From positions 1 through 55,670 of IMG/VR virus record IMGVR_UViG_3300030118_005064: a stretch of 55,670 nt of DNA; one strand, given 5' to 3'. The DNA comes from a virus (Duplodnaviria > Caudoviricetes). Below are positions 38,579 through 47,769 of this stretch, piece after piece (position 1 is the first letter of the stretch; each line of letters starts with the position of its first letter). Below the pieces are notes generated by a model. The model was not told the DNA's origin. It was given only the letters and a program-made list of their open reading frames with translations, and ran no database searches. A program made the translations under genes and the position numbers.

Positions 38579-40930
38579 TTACCACCCGTATGTTTTGGGC
38601 ATCGCCGCCCCGCTTGCTCTCTCCAAGTCCCAGTCCAGTGCCTTGAAAATTGGCTTGAGTTTTGCTTTGATGAGTTTCTCCACCATCAAGTCGTAATTGA
38701 GTTTGAATCCGGCCAATTCGTCGGGCATTTCGTAAGCCACGACATCTATAGAAGGCATGCCGTCAGGCACACAACTGACATAAACCCAGTTCACACTGTC
38801 GCCCTCGCCGTAGTGCGCTTTTTCGGCCATCTGCTCGTTGTAGTAGCGTGCCGCTTTAACAGCACCCCCAGCGCCCTCAGCGTATTGTTCCAACCGCTTC
38901 TGCAACCTTGTCGTCGTAGCGATGTCCGAAGGTTCCACATCGCCTCGTCTGATGCGTTTGGCAAGCGGCCGGACCAGTTGGATGACTTCTTCTTCGGATG
39001 CACCTGTGCAGATGGCTGTCAGGACATCGTTCTCAAGGTTCTTTGAAATGGGAGCAAGCGTGCTGATTTTACCCCAGCGTGCGCTCTTGACTTTGCCCTC
39101 GTCCTCCGGTGGGAACGAACAGATGCCGTAGTAGAGATTCTTGCCACCTACAATCCAGTAGGGCATGTAGGCTTCAAACTCCACGAACAAGTGGTTGGCT
39201 TCGTGCTTGCGCTGAATGGTTTCGGTGAGGTGCTTGGCGAGCGCATGGGCTTCGTCAAACGGCACCTGCACGAACGCAGAGTCCGTGTGACCGTACAGTG
39301 CGTTGTAGCCAGCCGCTTCGGATTCTTCCATCAGCGCCTTGATGGCTTCACGCCCACAGGCAGTGATGGCTGATGCGATGTCAAAGTCGCACCAGCCCCA
39401 CCAGCCACTCGCGGTTGCCCCGTATAGACTGGCCATGACGCGCTTGACTGCCAGTTGAAGTGTATTCCAGCCGTTTCGCTCAGATTCGGTGGAAGCCTCT
39501 CGCATACGCTTTTTGTAGTCGTCTCTAACCTCAAACAGTTCGGTGACCATGCTCGGTAGCAAAGCAGAAACGCCTTGCCGCCAACAGGTGCCGTCAGGCA
39601 GTTGCCTGATGCCTTCTTCACCGGCCATGCTCTTTGGCACCTGCGTTTCCCACGACAGGTTATGGCTGAGAATAAGAGAAGGGTACAGCCCTTTGTAGTC
39701 CACACAGGCCACGCCCTCGTACCTGCCGGGGCGTGGTGGTGGGATGAACGCACCTTCGTACTCTTGCTTCTCTTGCATGGACTTGGACGGTGCTTTCCAC
39801 TCTGTTCTGCGTTGAAGCAGGCCTCGTGCAAACCGAGTGACATTGTGACATGAGCGGAAACTCACGCCACAGAACTCTTGTAGTGAGAGGAAGAAGTTCA
39901 GCACATGATTGTCCTCGTCAATGTGCTTCAAGAGGAAGGTGTCCACCATGCAGTAGTCCACATACTCGTCAAAGCGTTCAGTCCAACCTGTGTGAACATC
40001 CATGTCCAACTTGCCGCCGTAGCCGCAAACCCGTGCGATGGTGTCCAGTTTAAGGTTCTTCAACTGAGGCTTACCGCTGTCCTTCCACACACGCTCAAAT
40101 CCACTGCCGCTTCGCATCGGTGACGCCGTGTCAAAGCAGAGCCGACCGATGATGGGTTGGTCCACATAGTCGTACGAGCCCTTATTGGGTCGCAGAACTC
40201 TACCGAGCGGGCTGAGCCGCCGGAAGTTCTTGAGGCGCTTCGTAAGGTGAGGAAGGTCAGCCCACATGAGAGCGTGGGCTACGAAAATGTCAGGGTTGCA
40301 TTCATCCAAGTACGCAAGGAACGCATCGTGCATCTCTTGTTCTGAGCCGTACAGATGGCGTTCATAGGTTAGTGGGACTTGCTCCCCTTTGTGCTCGTAC
40401 TCCGTTGTCTTTTCTTCAACGAGGTGGTCGTGGTCGTACAGACCGTTAGGATTGTGCTTCTTCCAGCAAAACGAAACATGTCGGTTGTTGTAGTTGTCAA
40501 TGACAGCCATCACCGTGGTCTCGTGCGTCTTGGTGTCCCACTCAAGGTCAAAGTGCCACACCCGTGGTTTCCACTTGGGCATGACCTGCACTTCGTCAAT
40601 GAGGTAACGGTCTTGTAGGCTGAGGTCAGCCTCCCATGTCTTTGAGAAGCACTTCGCCAAGTCTCTCATGTCTCCCTGTCGGTAAGCGTAGACTTTGACC
40701 AACTTCTCTTCGGTCTTCAAAGCCTTGCCCGTATCATCAAGGTCAACGCAAGAACCGGGAAACTTGTCAAGAACACGGTCAATGTAACTGAGTGGGGTTC
40801 CGGCAGAAATCCAAAAGTAGGGTCGGAAGTCCGTGACGGTTTCTTCAATCAGGTTTCCTTCCGCATCACGCCACCTCTTGTAGATGTGGTCCGGCCCCTC
40901 GGGGTCAGGTCGGAAGGTATCAACAATCAC
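38579..40930 (-). CDS. polB: Family B DNA polymerase
   Basis: ExoI FDLE; motif A DYKGLYPS; motif B QLAVKRVMASLYG; motif C YGHTDS. Confidence 0.95.
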   Translation of the reverse strand: MIVDTFRPDPEGPDHIYKRWRDAEGNLIEETVTDFRPYFWISAGTPLSYIDRVLDKFPGSCVDLDDTGKALKTEEKLVKVYAYRQGDMRDLAKCFSKTWEADLSLQDRYLIDEVQVMPKWKPRVWHFDLEWDTKTHETTVMAVIDNYNNRHVSFCWKKHNPNGLYDHDHLVEEKTTEYEHKGEQVPLTYERHLYGSEQEMHDAFLAYLDECNPDIFVAHALMWADLPHLTKRLKNFRRLSPLGRVLRPNKGSYDYVDQPIIGRLCFDTASPMRSGSGFERVWKDSGKPQLKNLKLDTIARVCGYGGKLDMDVHTGWTERFDEYVDYCMVDTFLLKHIDEDNHVLNFFLSLQEFCGVSFRSCHNVTRFARGLLQRRTEWKAPSKSMQEKQEYEGAFIPPPRPGRYEGVACVDYKGLYPSLILSHNLSWETQVPKSMAGEEGIRQLPDGTCWRQGVSALLPSMVTELFEVRDDYKKRMREASTESERNGWNTLQLAVKRVMASLYGATASGWWGWCDFDIASAITACGREAIKALMEESEAAGYNALYGHTDSAFVQVPFDEAHALAKHLTETIQRKHEANHLFVEFEAYMPYWIVGGKNLYYGICSFPPEDEGKVKSARWGKISTLAPISKNLENDVLTAICTGASEEEVIQLVRPLAKRIRRGDVEPSDIATTTRLQKRLEQYAEGAGGAVKAARYYNEQMAEKAHYGEGDSVNWVYVSCVPDGMPSIDVVAYEMPDELAGFKLNYDLMVEKLIKAKLKPIFKALDWDLERASGAAMPKTYGW

Positions 40931-40932
40931 AG

Positions 40933-41694
40933 TCAGTCCTCCTCGTACTCTTGGTCAATGACGACCATCAGGAAGTTGCTTGTGGCTTGTTCAAGGATAA
41001 GCACGGTCTCGTCGCCAGTATGCAGTTCAAACTCACCGCTTGGTAGATTGGTGAGGAGTTCAGGGAGCCACTTGTCAAAGGCTGACCTAACCGACACGCC
41101 GTTTGATTCTACATGGCTGAGGTCAGCCTTGACGAACATTTTACCGGTAGCGGTAGAGCCGCCACGGATGATGAGTTCTTCACCATCCACATCAAACTCA
41201 GTCTTGCATGCAAACTTGTCGCCCAACACTTTCTTGAAACCGGTGGCGGGTTTCAGCGAGTCTGCTGAAACTCGTGCGTGGTGGGTCAACGGAATGTTGA
41301 ACCAAGTGCGCCACATGCTGTCCTGTGCATCGCTGATGGTCTTGGACATGAGTCCGACCTTTTTCTGCGACTCAATGTAAGAAGTCGTGGGGATTTGCAG
41401 ACTGGTGTTGCCGCATCGGATGTGGAGCGTGCCGGTCTTGCCTTCCTGTGTGAACGACAAGTCAGGGATTTTGCTGGTAGCCAAGAACGCCTTGACCTTC
41501 GGAATGTCGGAAATGTACAGGTTGCCGGGAACAGCATCACTGCATTCTACTTGTCGTGAGATGTAGTGCGTGCTTTTGGCCACAGCCGCATGCACTGAGT
41601 CTCGGTTGACCGTGATGGCGATGTCCATCAAGTCCTTACCAAACGAACTCAAGAACGAGTTCAACTTGTCTCGTGTAATGCTGAACGATGTCAT
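40933..41694 (-). CDS. Putative sliding clamp (PCNA-like)
   Basis: 253 aa, two-fold alpha/beta pattern, adjacent to polB and near RFC; no diagnostic motif, so inferred from size and context. Confidence 0.45.
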   Translation of the reverse strand: MTSFSITRDKLNSFLSSFGKDLMDIAITVNRDSVHAAVAKSTHYISRQVECSDAVPGNLYISDIPKVKAFLATSKIPDLSFTQEGKTGTLHIRCGNTSLQIPTTSYIESQKKVGLMSKTISDAQDSMWRTWFNIPLTHHARVSADSLKPATGFKKVLGDKFACKTEFDVDGEELIIRGGSTATGKMFVKADLSHVESNGVSVRSAFDKWLPELLTNLPSGEFELHTGDETVLILEQATSNFLMVVIDQEYEED

Positions 41695-41702
41695 GGTTTC
41701 AC

Positions 41703-41828
41703 CTCACTCGGCGGGGAAAACGAGTCATAGTGCAAACGCCCATGAGATATAGTGTGACAGTTTGCGCTACTATGCCATTTTGACCTATATTCTCGTTTTT
41801 ACTGGCAAAACCCCTGTGAGTCGTTTTC
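41703..41828 (-). ncRNA. Candidate structured cis-regulatory RNA / inverted-repeat element
   Basis: Nested complementary pairs CTCAC/GTGAG, GGGG/CCCC, AAAACGAG/CTCGTTTT, CATAG/CTATG, GCAAAC/GTTTGC in a 136-nt intergenic gap. Confidence 0.5.
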
Positions 41829-41830
41829 GC

Positions 41831-42910
41831 TCAGAGCACCCCTGCGTCTCGTAGTTCAGGCAATCCGTACCACTGTGCGTCCTCGCCCTTTTTGGTGACG
41901 AAGTAGAGGCGCTCTTGGTTGAGAAGGTTTGGGTTGGTCTTGCTCTTGTAGAACTCAGCCGTGTACCGGGTTTCGCCGGTCAGGGCACCGTCGTTGTTGC
42001 GAACCGGCTTGGCTCGCATCCACACAATTTGGAACAAGTCCTTGTTGGCAGATTTCTCCCACACGATTTTGAAACCGTCATGGCTCAACAGCCCGTCGTC
42101 GGGCTTGAGGTGGGTCTCCCAGTACACATCCACACCGAGGCGGTTGAGTTTCTGACAGATGGCTGTCAGTTGCTTGAACCGAGTGGAACGAATGCTCCAG
42201 TTCCAACCAATCTCTGAGTTGAGTTTGGCGTGGCTGGCTTCCACGGCGTCGGTGGCTTTCATGTCAAGGTCGTAGATTTTCATGCAGTTGACGCACATCT
42301 CGTCGTATTGGTCAACGCCAGTGACGATGAACGACTTGAGAAGTTGCCCTTCGTAGCCGGGTTGTGCCTGTCGCTCTGCGTATTCAACGGCAAACTTGCC
42401 AATCTCCATGGCACGGTTGTAAGACGCCAAGTAGTTGTACGCTGTCTTGTCTTCTTGTTGCATCACCCACGGCGAGAAAATACGGATGTTGGTGTTGCCA
42501 TCGTAGTGAGCCTGCTTGCAGGACAATCCGCCGTTGTCGTGGTCAAGAACAATGCACAAGCCATCAGGGTGCTTGTGAGCGTGAGCGTCCATGAGGACGC
42601 CGGTCTTTCCTGTTCCTTCATGTCCAACAGCGGCGAGGAAGGTAGAACTCGGTGCAATCTCAGGAGGATGCGCCTGTGCTTCCATCTCGGATGCGATGTC
42701 GGGGAAACTGCTGATGAACTCGGAGGAGGACACGACGATTCCTGTTTTCACAGTCGTCGGCTCTCCAGCGAGGCCCAGCAGTTGCTCCTGCGCCGCTTGG
42801 ACGGGCACCGTCTGTTGTTCTTGAATCTCAGCGAGCGTTTCCGTCTTCACTGGATTCTTGTTGCTTGCTTCGTTGTTTTCTGCCAATGCTTCCCAACTCA
42901 TTTTATTCAC
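41831..42910 (-). CDS. RecA-fold P-loop ATPase (RadA/Sak4-like recombination protein)
   Basis: Walker A GHEGTGKT, IVLDHD; next to the SSB-like gene. Confidence 0.65.
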   Translation of the reverse strand: MNKMSWEALAENNEASNKNPVKTETLAEIQEQQTVPVQAAQEQLLGLAGEPTTVKTGIVVSSSEFISSFPDIASEMEAQAHPPEIAPSSTFLAAVGHEGTGKTGVLMDAHAHKHPDGLCIVLDHDNGGLSCKQAHYDGNTNIRIFSPWVMQQEDKTAYNYLASYNRAMEIGKFAVEYAERQAQPGYEGQLLKSFIVTGVDQYDEMCVNCMKIYDLDMKATDAVEASHAKLNSEIGWNWSIRSTRFKQLTAICQKLNRLGVDVYWETHLKPDDGLLSHDGFKIVWEKSANKDLFQIVWMRAKPVRNNDGALTGETRYTAEFYKSKTNPNLLNQERLYFVTKKGEDAQWYGLPELRDAGVL

Positions 42911-44147
42911 CTCGGAATTGATTCAAACTTGTGTCTCCCACGCCGCCCGCTGGACGAGCAGTTCGTGGAGGAATGTAGATGCCGAGAGCCGACATGGAAG
43001 GTTGCATCTCGTTTTGATACGGTCGCAACTTGAGGCGACCTACAACAATCACGCTGGTTTTCTCGTTGTAAGGGCGGACATTTCCGTTGACATCCGTGTA
43101 GTGAAACACATTGTCACGGTCGTGCATGGTGCCTGAAACCCACACGGTCACGGGCTCAACGCCCTGTCCGTAGATTTGTAGACGGTAAGAGCGGCCGGTC
43201 GGGTCGTACTCGCTGTCCATCGGGTCTCGGTTGAGGTAGGTCACAAGTCCTCTTGTGACCACGATGGGGTTGAGTGTCATGCCGTTGGCCGTGGTGATTT
43301 TGCGCTCGGGGTGAGCCTCAAGGAGTTCGCCAAGAGGCACATACTCGTTGTGCATTTTGCCGTTGACAAGCAGACGCTCAGCGCTGAACGCTTGACGCAA
43401 GTTCTCAGGGAGCCAACTGTCCGTGTACTCCACGGTCTCATGGAAGTTGTTGTTGGTGTAGAGTGTGTCAGCGCCAGCCTTGGTTGGCTCAATCACATGA
43501 ATGCGAGCCGCTGTCCACTGAGTGTAGTTGGCCTCCATGGCCTTGCCTTGGAGGTTGACACGCCACATCTGAATGTCGCTCCCACCTTCTCGTGAGCCTA
43601 AAAAGTAAGCGGCCTTGCTGAAACTGGTCGGCATGACCGGCTTCACCTTGCCGTCTCGGTTGGTGAGAAGGCAGAGAATCATGTCGTTGTACTCAAAGCC
43701 AAACCAAGGCAGGTCGCTTCCGTTGACCCGCTCATCAGTGGCGTTGCCGTTGATGCACCACTTACCTTCTTTGGCAGTGAGAACACCGATGAGTCCGTCG
43801 TTGATGGCTTTGTCTCGGTTGTTTCGGAACATGTTCATCGCCTTGTCGTACATGCTCTTTCGGTTGTCTCGTGGCTCGTCTTCCGTGCCAACGAACATGC
43901 CGACATAGGTCACGGTGTCACGCTGACGACCGGCGCTTGCGTTTCGGGTTTCAACAACGAATTGTTCACACCATTGGCTGAGGTAGAACGGGTCTTCGCT
44001 GAAAGGGTCTTCAACCATGAACTCTTCTTTCAACCACTCGTGAAACTTGTTTGCCGCCTCACCGACCTTGATTCCGAACTTCTCAGCGTAACCGTTGAGT
44101 TTTTCCAGTACATCTTCGGGGTAACTTTTTCCTTCTTCCATTTTCAT
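42903..44147 (-). CDS. Putative RPA-like ssDNA-binding protein
   Basis: OB-fold-like C-terminus (SVIVVGRLK...SMSALGIY); replication context. Confidence 0.5.
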   Translation of the reverse strand: MKMEEGKSYPEDVLEKLNGYAEKFGIKVGEAANKFHEWLKEEFMVEDPFSEDPFYLSQWCEQFVVETRNASAGRQRDTVTYVGMFVGTEDEPRDNRKSMYDKAMNMFRNNRDKAINDGLIGVLTAKEGKWCINGNATDERVNGSDLPWFGFEYNDMILCLLTNRDGKVKPVMPTSFSKAAYFLGSREGGSDIQMWRVNLQGKAMEANYTQWTAARIHVIEPTKAGADTLYTNNNFHETVEYTDSWLPENLRQAFSAERLLVNGKMHNEYVPLGELLEAHPERKITTANGMTLNPIVVTRGLVTYLNRDPMDSEYDPTGRSYRLQIYGQGVEPVTVWVSGTMHDRDNVFHYTDVNGNVRPYNEKTSVIVVGRLKLRPYQNEMQPSMSALGIYIPPRTARPAGGVGDTSLNQFRGE

Positions 44148-45070
44148 TTCTCCTTGTTTTTCTTCAACTTTGCCACAAAGTATTCCACAAACGACAAGTC
44201 ATCGTCGGGCCACTGTGTGGACAAGACAGCAAACTCGCCGTATGTGAGCATGAAGTTGTGCCAGTCGTCTTCGCTTTCCATGAGCGGTTTGGCACGATAG
44301 CGGAGTCCTTGCAGGACGCCAAAGCGTGACTGTCCCGACTCCAGTGCTTGGGTCAGGTACGCAGTCACTTTGGGGAAATCGCTCCCCATGAGATTGAGAG
44401 CGGCCTTGTTGAGATATGAAGTGTCTCGTCGGATGCTTTCTGCGAGAGCGGCGGGCTCTTTTGGAATACTTTCCAAAGTATCAATCGCCTTTCTCAGCGA
44501 GCCGCCTGTAGATTTGATGAGGTGTGGTAGGTGCTCCTTCCACTCTTGCGGTAGGCTTTCCCGGTCAATAATGAACTCCAAGCGACCTGTGTTCTCATGG
44601 TCTATTGGCTTGAAGAAGAAAGTCAGGCATCGGTCACGGATGGCGCTGTGAATAGGACCGATGTCGTTGGCCGTGAGAATGAACACGGTGGTGCCATGAC
44701 TTTCCTCCATGATTTGGCGGAGCGCCTTTTGAGCAGGAGTGGTCGTGCTCTCAAACTCGTCCATGAACTCAATGCGACGAGCCACGCCGAGCCCCTTTCG
44801 CTTGCTAATTTGTTTCAGTTCACGCACAGCATCAATGCCTCTGTCGTCGCTGGCATTGGTGACACGGAAGTTCATTGGGTCAAAGAACTCGCCGAGCAAA
44901 TCCTTAGCCAGTGCGTAGGCCGCACTGGTCTTGCCGACACCGGGAGGTCCGACCAAGAGAATGTTGGCCGGGCACGAGTCAATGTCCCAAGTCTTGGCAG
45001 ACTTAAGGAACTCGTCGCACCCCGTCAAATCATCCAAAGTGGATGGTCGGTACTTCTCTCTCAGGTTCAT
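44144..45070 (-). CDS. rfcS: Replication factor C small subunit (clamp loader)
   Basis: EKYRP, GPPGVGKT, NASDDRGID, DE, QKALRQIME, FILTAN, DRC. Confidence 0.93.
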   Translation of the reverse strand: MNLREKYRPSTLDDLTGCDEFLKSAKTWDIDSCPANILLVGPPGVGKTSAAYALAKDLLGEFFDPMNFRVTNASDDRGIDAVRELKQISKRKGLGVARRIEFMDEFESTTTPAQKALRQIMEESHGTTVFILTANDIGPIHSAIRDRCLTFFFKPIDHENTGRLEFIIDRESLPQEWKEHLPHLIKSTGGSLRKAIDTLESIPKEPAALAESIRRDTSYLNKAALNLMGSDFPKVTAYLTQALESGQSRFGVLQGLRYRAKPLMESEDDWHNFMLTYGEFAVLSTQWPDDDLSFVEYFVAKLKKNKEK

Positions 45071-45081
45071 TCAGAATCGCT

Positions 45082-45113
45082 CCATTTCCTTTATTGTCAG
45101 TTTAAAAGGACTT
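45082..45113 (-). promoter_or_regulatory. Duplicated 32-bp promoter-like element, copy 1
   Basis: - strand AAGTCCTTTTAAACTGACAATAAAGGAAATGG with TTTTAAA TATA-like box, upstream of rfcS; identical to 52881-52912. Confidence 0.75.
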
Positions 45114-45117
45114 CATG

Positions 45118-46578
45118 TCAGGCACTCATTTCTATGAGGTCAGTCAACTGAGATACATCACTGTACCCCAGCCCATCGTCAAGGTAGCGGATGTCCGCTT
45201 TTCCTAAAGTCAGGTCGCTCAGTGAAAATTCACTGAGTTCAACGACAACAACCATGGCGTACTCATCAACAGGAATCCAATCCTGACCGGCAAGTACGCC
45301 TTGGTGGGCAAGTCGCTGACGCATGTGCTGAGCAACTTCCACACTTAATTGCAACTGTCCAATTTCATAGGTTTCATACCCGTCCATGGCGGACAGGCGA
45401 ACATGAGTTTCAAACGCTTCATCACGACGCACCGCAGTGACGAGCAGGCGAATGTGAAAGGCGTCTTTGAGAATGACCCAGCCGCCTACATTTCCGAGGC
45501 GGACAGGGCCGGTGGACAACAGTCGCAACCGTTCATCGTCCTCCAGCGTCTCAAGCAAATAGTTGAAATCGGTGTTGGTGGGTACAAACTTACCTACCTT
45601 GACCGGAGCCTTGAGACTGAGGTTTCCCAGCAAAGCGGCTCTGTCTTTGTAGTCCTGCTTGTAGATGTCCCAGTCGTTGCCGACTGCGTACACATCGGTC
45701 ATGTTCGTGACAACACTGCCGTCCATCTCCACCTCAAAGACAGCCTCTGTCTCTGCGTAGGGGAGCATGGACTCTGACATTTTGCCGAACACTTGCTTGT
45801 GCCGGTTGTAGAGAACGCCCTTGAATGTCCCTTTCGGGAACTCGGTGATGTGTAGATAGCGCCGGTCGCCTGATACAACCTCAGCGTACACATCCTCCGG
45901 CGTGGTCATTTTGTCCCACGCCTTGTAGATGGGGCCGAGGAAAGGCTGGCCCGGTTGCATGGTCCGCACTTCCATGTCCTGCGTGTCACCGTACAGACGC
46001 TGAATGATTTCAGCAGGCGACATGGTTTGGAGCATGACATTGATGGATTGCAGGCTCTGTGCGCCACGGTCGGTAGCGTACGAAACAGCCTGCAAAAAAC
46101 GGTTGACTGGCATGGGAGGGCGTTCATCTGTCGCCCTGCCCCAAAACAACAGTGCCTCTTTCTCATTCATTTTGCTGGCAATTTGAAAGAAGCCTTCGTC
46201 CTTGATTCTCGCCATGAGGTTGAGCGCTTGCTTAACGGTCAGCCCTTGACCGCCGTACTCTGCTGACTCCAGTGCCAGCATGGGGACGACGGGCTTGCCT
46301 GCCATTGATTCGTCCCACACCAGTGGAGAGATGGACAACTTCTTGCAGATGTCCTCCCGTAGTTCGTGGAACGAAATGAACTGCCGCTGGTACTTGGAAT
46401 ACTCGGGGTAGTACATGTCAATCAGTTGGGAACTATCGTCAATTGAGTTATTCACACCTTGGCGAATCAAGTCAACGATTCGCCTGAAATACTTGGAACG
46501 CTCTTCGGCGTCCGTCATGTAGAAGCGGTAGAAGTTTCGCAAGCCTTCTGCGATGTTTGCCGCCTCAGCCAGTAACAT
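45118..46578 (-). CDS. Degenerate ATP-dependent DNA ligase-like protein
   Basis: Ligase-like motif order (PGQPF..P, YAEVVSGDRRYLH, VFEVE, YKDRAALL, GWVILK, OB-fold tail) but no KxDG lysine. Confidence 0.55.
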   Translation of the reverse strand: MLLAEAANIAEGLRNFYRFYMTDAEERSKYFRRIVDLIRQGVNNSIDDSSQLIDMYYPEYSKYQRQFISFHELREDICKKLSISPLVWDESMAGKPVVPMLALESAEYGGQGLTVKQALNLMARIKDEGFFQIASKMNEKEALLFWGRATDERPPMPVNRFLQAVSYATDRGAQSLQSINVMLQTMSPAEIIQRLYGDTQDMEVRTMQPGQPFLGPIYKAWDKMTTPEDVYAEVVSGDRRYLHITEFPKGTFKGVLYNRHKQVFGKMSESMLPYAETEAVFEVEMDGSVVTNMTDVYAVGNDWDIYKQDYKDRAALLGNLSLKAPVKVGKFVPTNTDFNYLLETLEDDERLRLLSTGPVRLGNVGGWVILKDAFHIRLLVTAVRRDEAFETHVRLSAMDGYETYEIGQLQLSVEVAQHMRQRLAHQGVLAGQDWIPVDEYAMVVVVELSEFSLSDLTLGKADIRYLDDGLGYSDVSQLTDLIEMSA

Positions 46579-46840
46579 CTGTTTCCCTCAGTTTTTGGAG
46601 GGTATGCTGGATTGCTTTCGCCAGTGAATCGGCGTCCTCAAGACTCAGCCTCAAACCCTCTCTCGTGAAGCCTTCGCCTTTGGGATGTTCAACGGTGCGT
46701 CGGATGCGAATGTCAATTTTGGGCTCGGCATCGCCTTTGGGGTCAGCCACGCTCATGACTGCTTCGGCCTTGCCACGCCACCGTATCGTAGTGGCTGGCA
46801 CACGCCAGCGAATCTCTTGGTCAAAGCCACGGTTACTCAC
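46565..46840 (-). CDS. PC4-like ssDNA-binding protein
   Basis: KIDIR...FTREGLRLS followed by helix; likely GTG start at 46840. Confidence 0.55.
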   Translation of the reverse strand: MSNRGFDQEIRWRVPATTIRWRGKAEAVMSVADPKGDAEPKIDIRIRRTVEHPKGEGFTREGLRLSLEDADSLAKAIQHTLQKLRETDVTG

Positions 46841-47009
46841 CGGAATCACACCCCTCACACTCGCACAATTCAAGGGCTTCGTAGCACAAAAAGCACCAAC
46901 CTTCTTTCCAAGCAAGGAAGTGTGGGCAAGTCTTGTATGCGTCGTCATCCCTTCTTCCTTCGTCGCAGTGACCACAGGTATGCCCTTCGTATTTGTCTGT
47001 GTCAAACAT
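46833..47009 (-). CDS. Cys-rich microprotein
   Basis: MFDTDKYEGHTCGHC...CPH...CFLC...CECEGC. Confidence 0.5.
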   Translation of the reverse strand: MFDTDKYEGHTCGHCDEGRRDDDAYKTCPHFLAWKEGWCFLCYEALELCECEGCDSGE

Positions 47010-47193
47010 TCTTCTTTCCCTCCCACCATGCGGGTGGTTCTTTCTCGCCCACCCAGTCAAGGAGTCCGTCGTAGATAGCACGACGCAGGCGTAGGATGGA
47101 GCCGTAGTCCTCCCACACATCGCCGCTGTCTCGTCGCACGAGGAGCATGATGTGGCACTCGTCCTTCATCTCAGCGTCAAGCACTTCGGTCAC
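47002..47193 (-). CDS. Hypothetical protein
   Basis: ORF tiling with overlaps. Confidence 0.5.
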   Translation of the reverse strand: MTEVLDAEMKDECHIMLLVRRDSGDVWEDYGSILRLRRAIYDGLLDWVGEKEPPAWWEGKKNV

Positions 47194-47372
47194 TTCAATT
47201 GCCTCCGAATAACATTGTGAGCGTTTTCAAAACTCTCTCGGAAGATTTGATACTGGTCGGGTGTTATGATTCCCTCTTGCCACAGACCGGCAAAATAGTA
47301 CATGATGGATTCTAAATCCATCATCATTGAAAGCGTTTCATGATTTATTGCTTCTTCGTAATTCATCATCAT
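47190..47372 (-). CDS. Hypothetical protein
   Basis: ORF tiling with 4-nt overlaps. Confidence 0.5.
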   Translation of the reverse strand: MMMNYEEAINHETLSMMMDLESIMYYFAGLWQEGIITPDQYQIFRESFENAHNVIRRQLK

Positions 47373-47521
47373 TCATCACCTGCCCTTCGTCGTGCAAACG
47401 CCCAAGCAATCTCGCCCCGGCATTCTCTACAGCACAACTCCAAGTCGCTCTCGTCGTCAACATCCTGCCACAGTTCGCACAGTAGGCATTCGGTTCCATC
47501 AGTCATTTGTCCCATGTTCAT
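47369..47521 (-). CDS. Small Zn-finger-like protein
   Basis: CLLC...CCREC; GGAGGA SD. Confidence 0.5.
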   Translation of the reverse strand: MNMGQMTDGTECLLCELWQDVDDESDLELCCRECRGEIAWAFARRRAGDE

Positions 47522-47769
47522 TCCTCCTTGTTGTTGTAGCAAATGAAGCATTCGTAATCTCCGTCTTTGTTTGGGTTTTGAAGTTGGCGACCACGATAAA
47601 ATTCGTAACATTCTCCATCATTCACCCTTTCACAGTCGGGACACCAACCTGCATGTTCTACGAGATACAGGAAGCGTTTGTAGGAGTAATCCTCATTCTC
47701 CATGTAGCGAAGGACTTCATGAATCCAGTCAATTTTAGCCTTGAGAAATTCTACTTCGTTCATGTTCAT
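47518..47769 (-). CDS. Small Zn-finger-like protein
   Basis: CPDC...CFIC; GAGGAGGA SD. Confidence 0.5.
   Translation of the reverse strand: MNMNEVEFLKAKIDWIHEVLRYMENEDYSYKRFLYLVEHAGWCPDCERVNDGECYEFYRGRQLQNPNKDGDYECFICYNNKEE

Noticed and set aside
38579-40930. Intein or intron in polB
   Set aside because: Length (783 aa) and motif spacing are normal; no intein-like termini or homing endonuclease motifs seen.
41695-41830. tRNA or hammerhead ribozyme in the structured gap
   Set aside because: No T-loop GTTC(G/A)A or cloverleaf, and no CTGA-N-GA/GAAA hammerhead core in the right arrangement; kept only as an unclassified structure.
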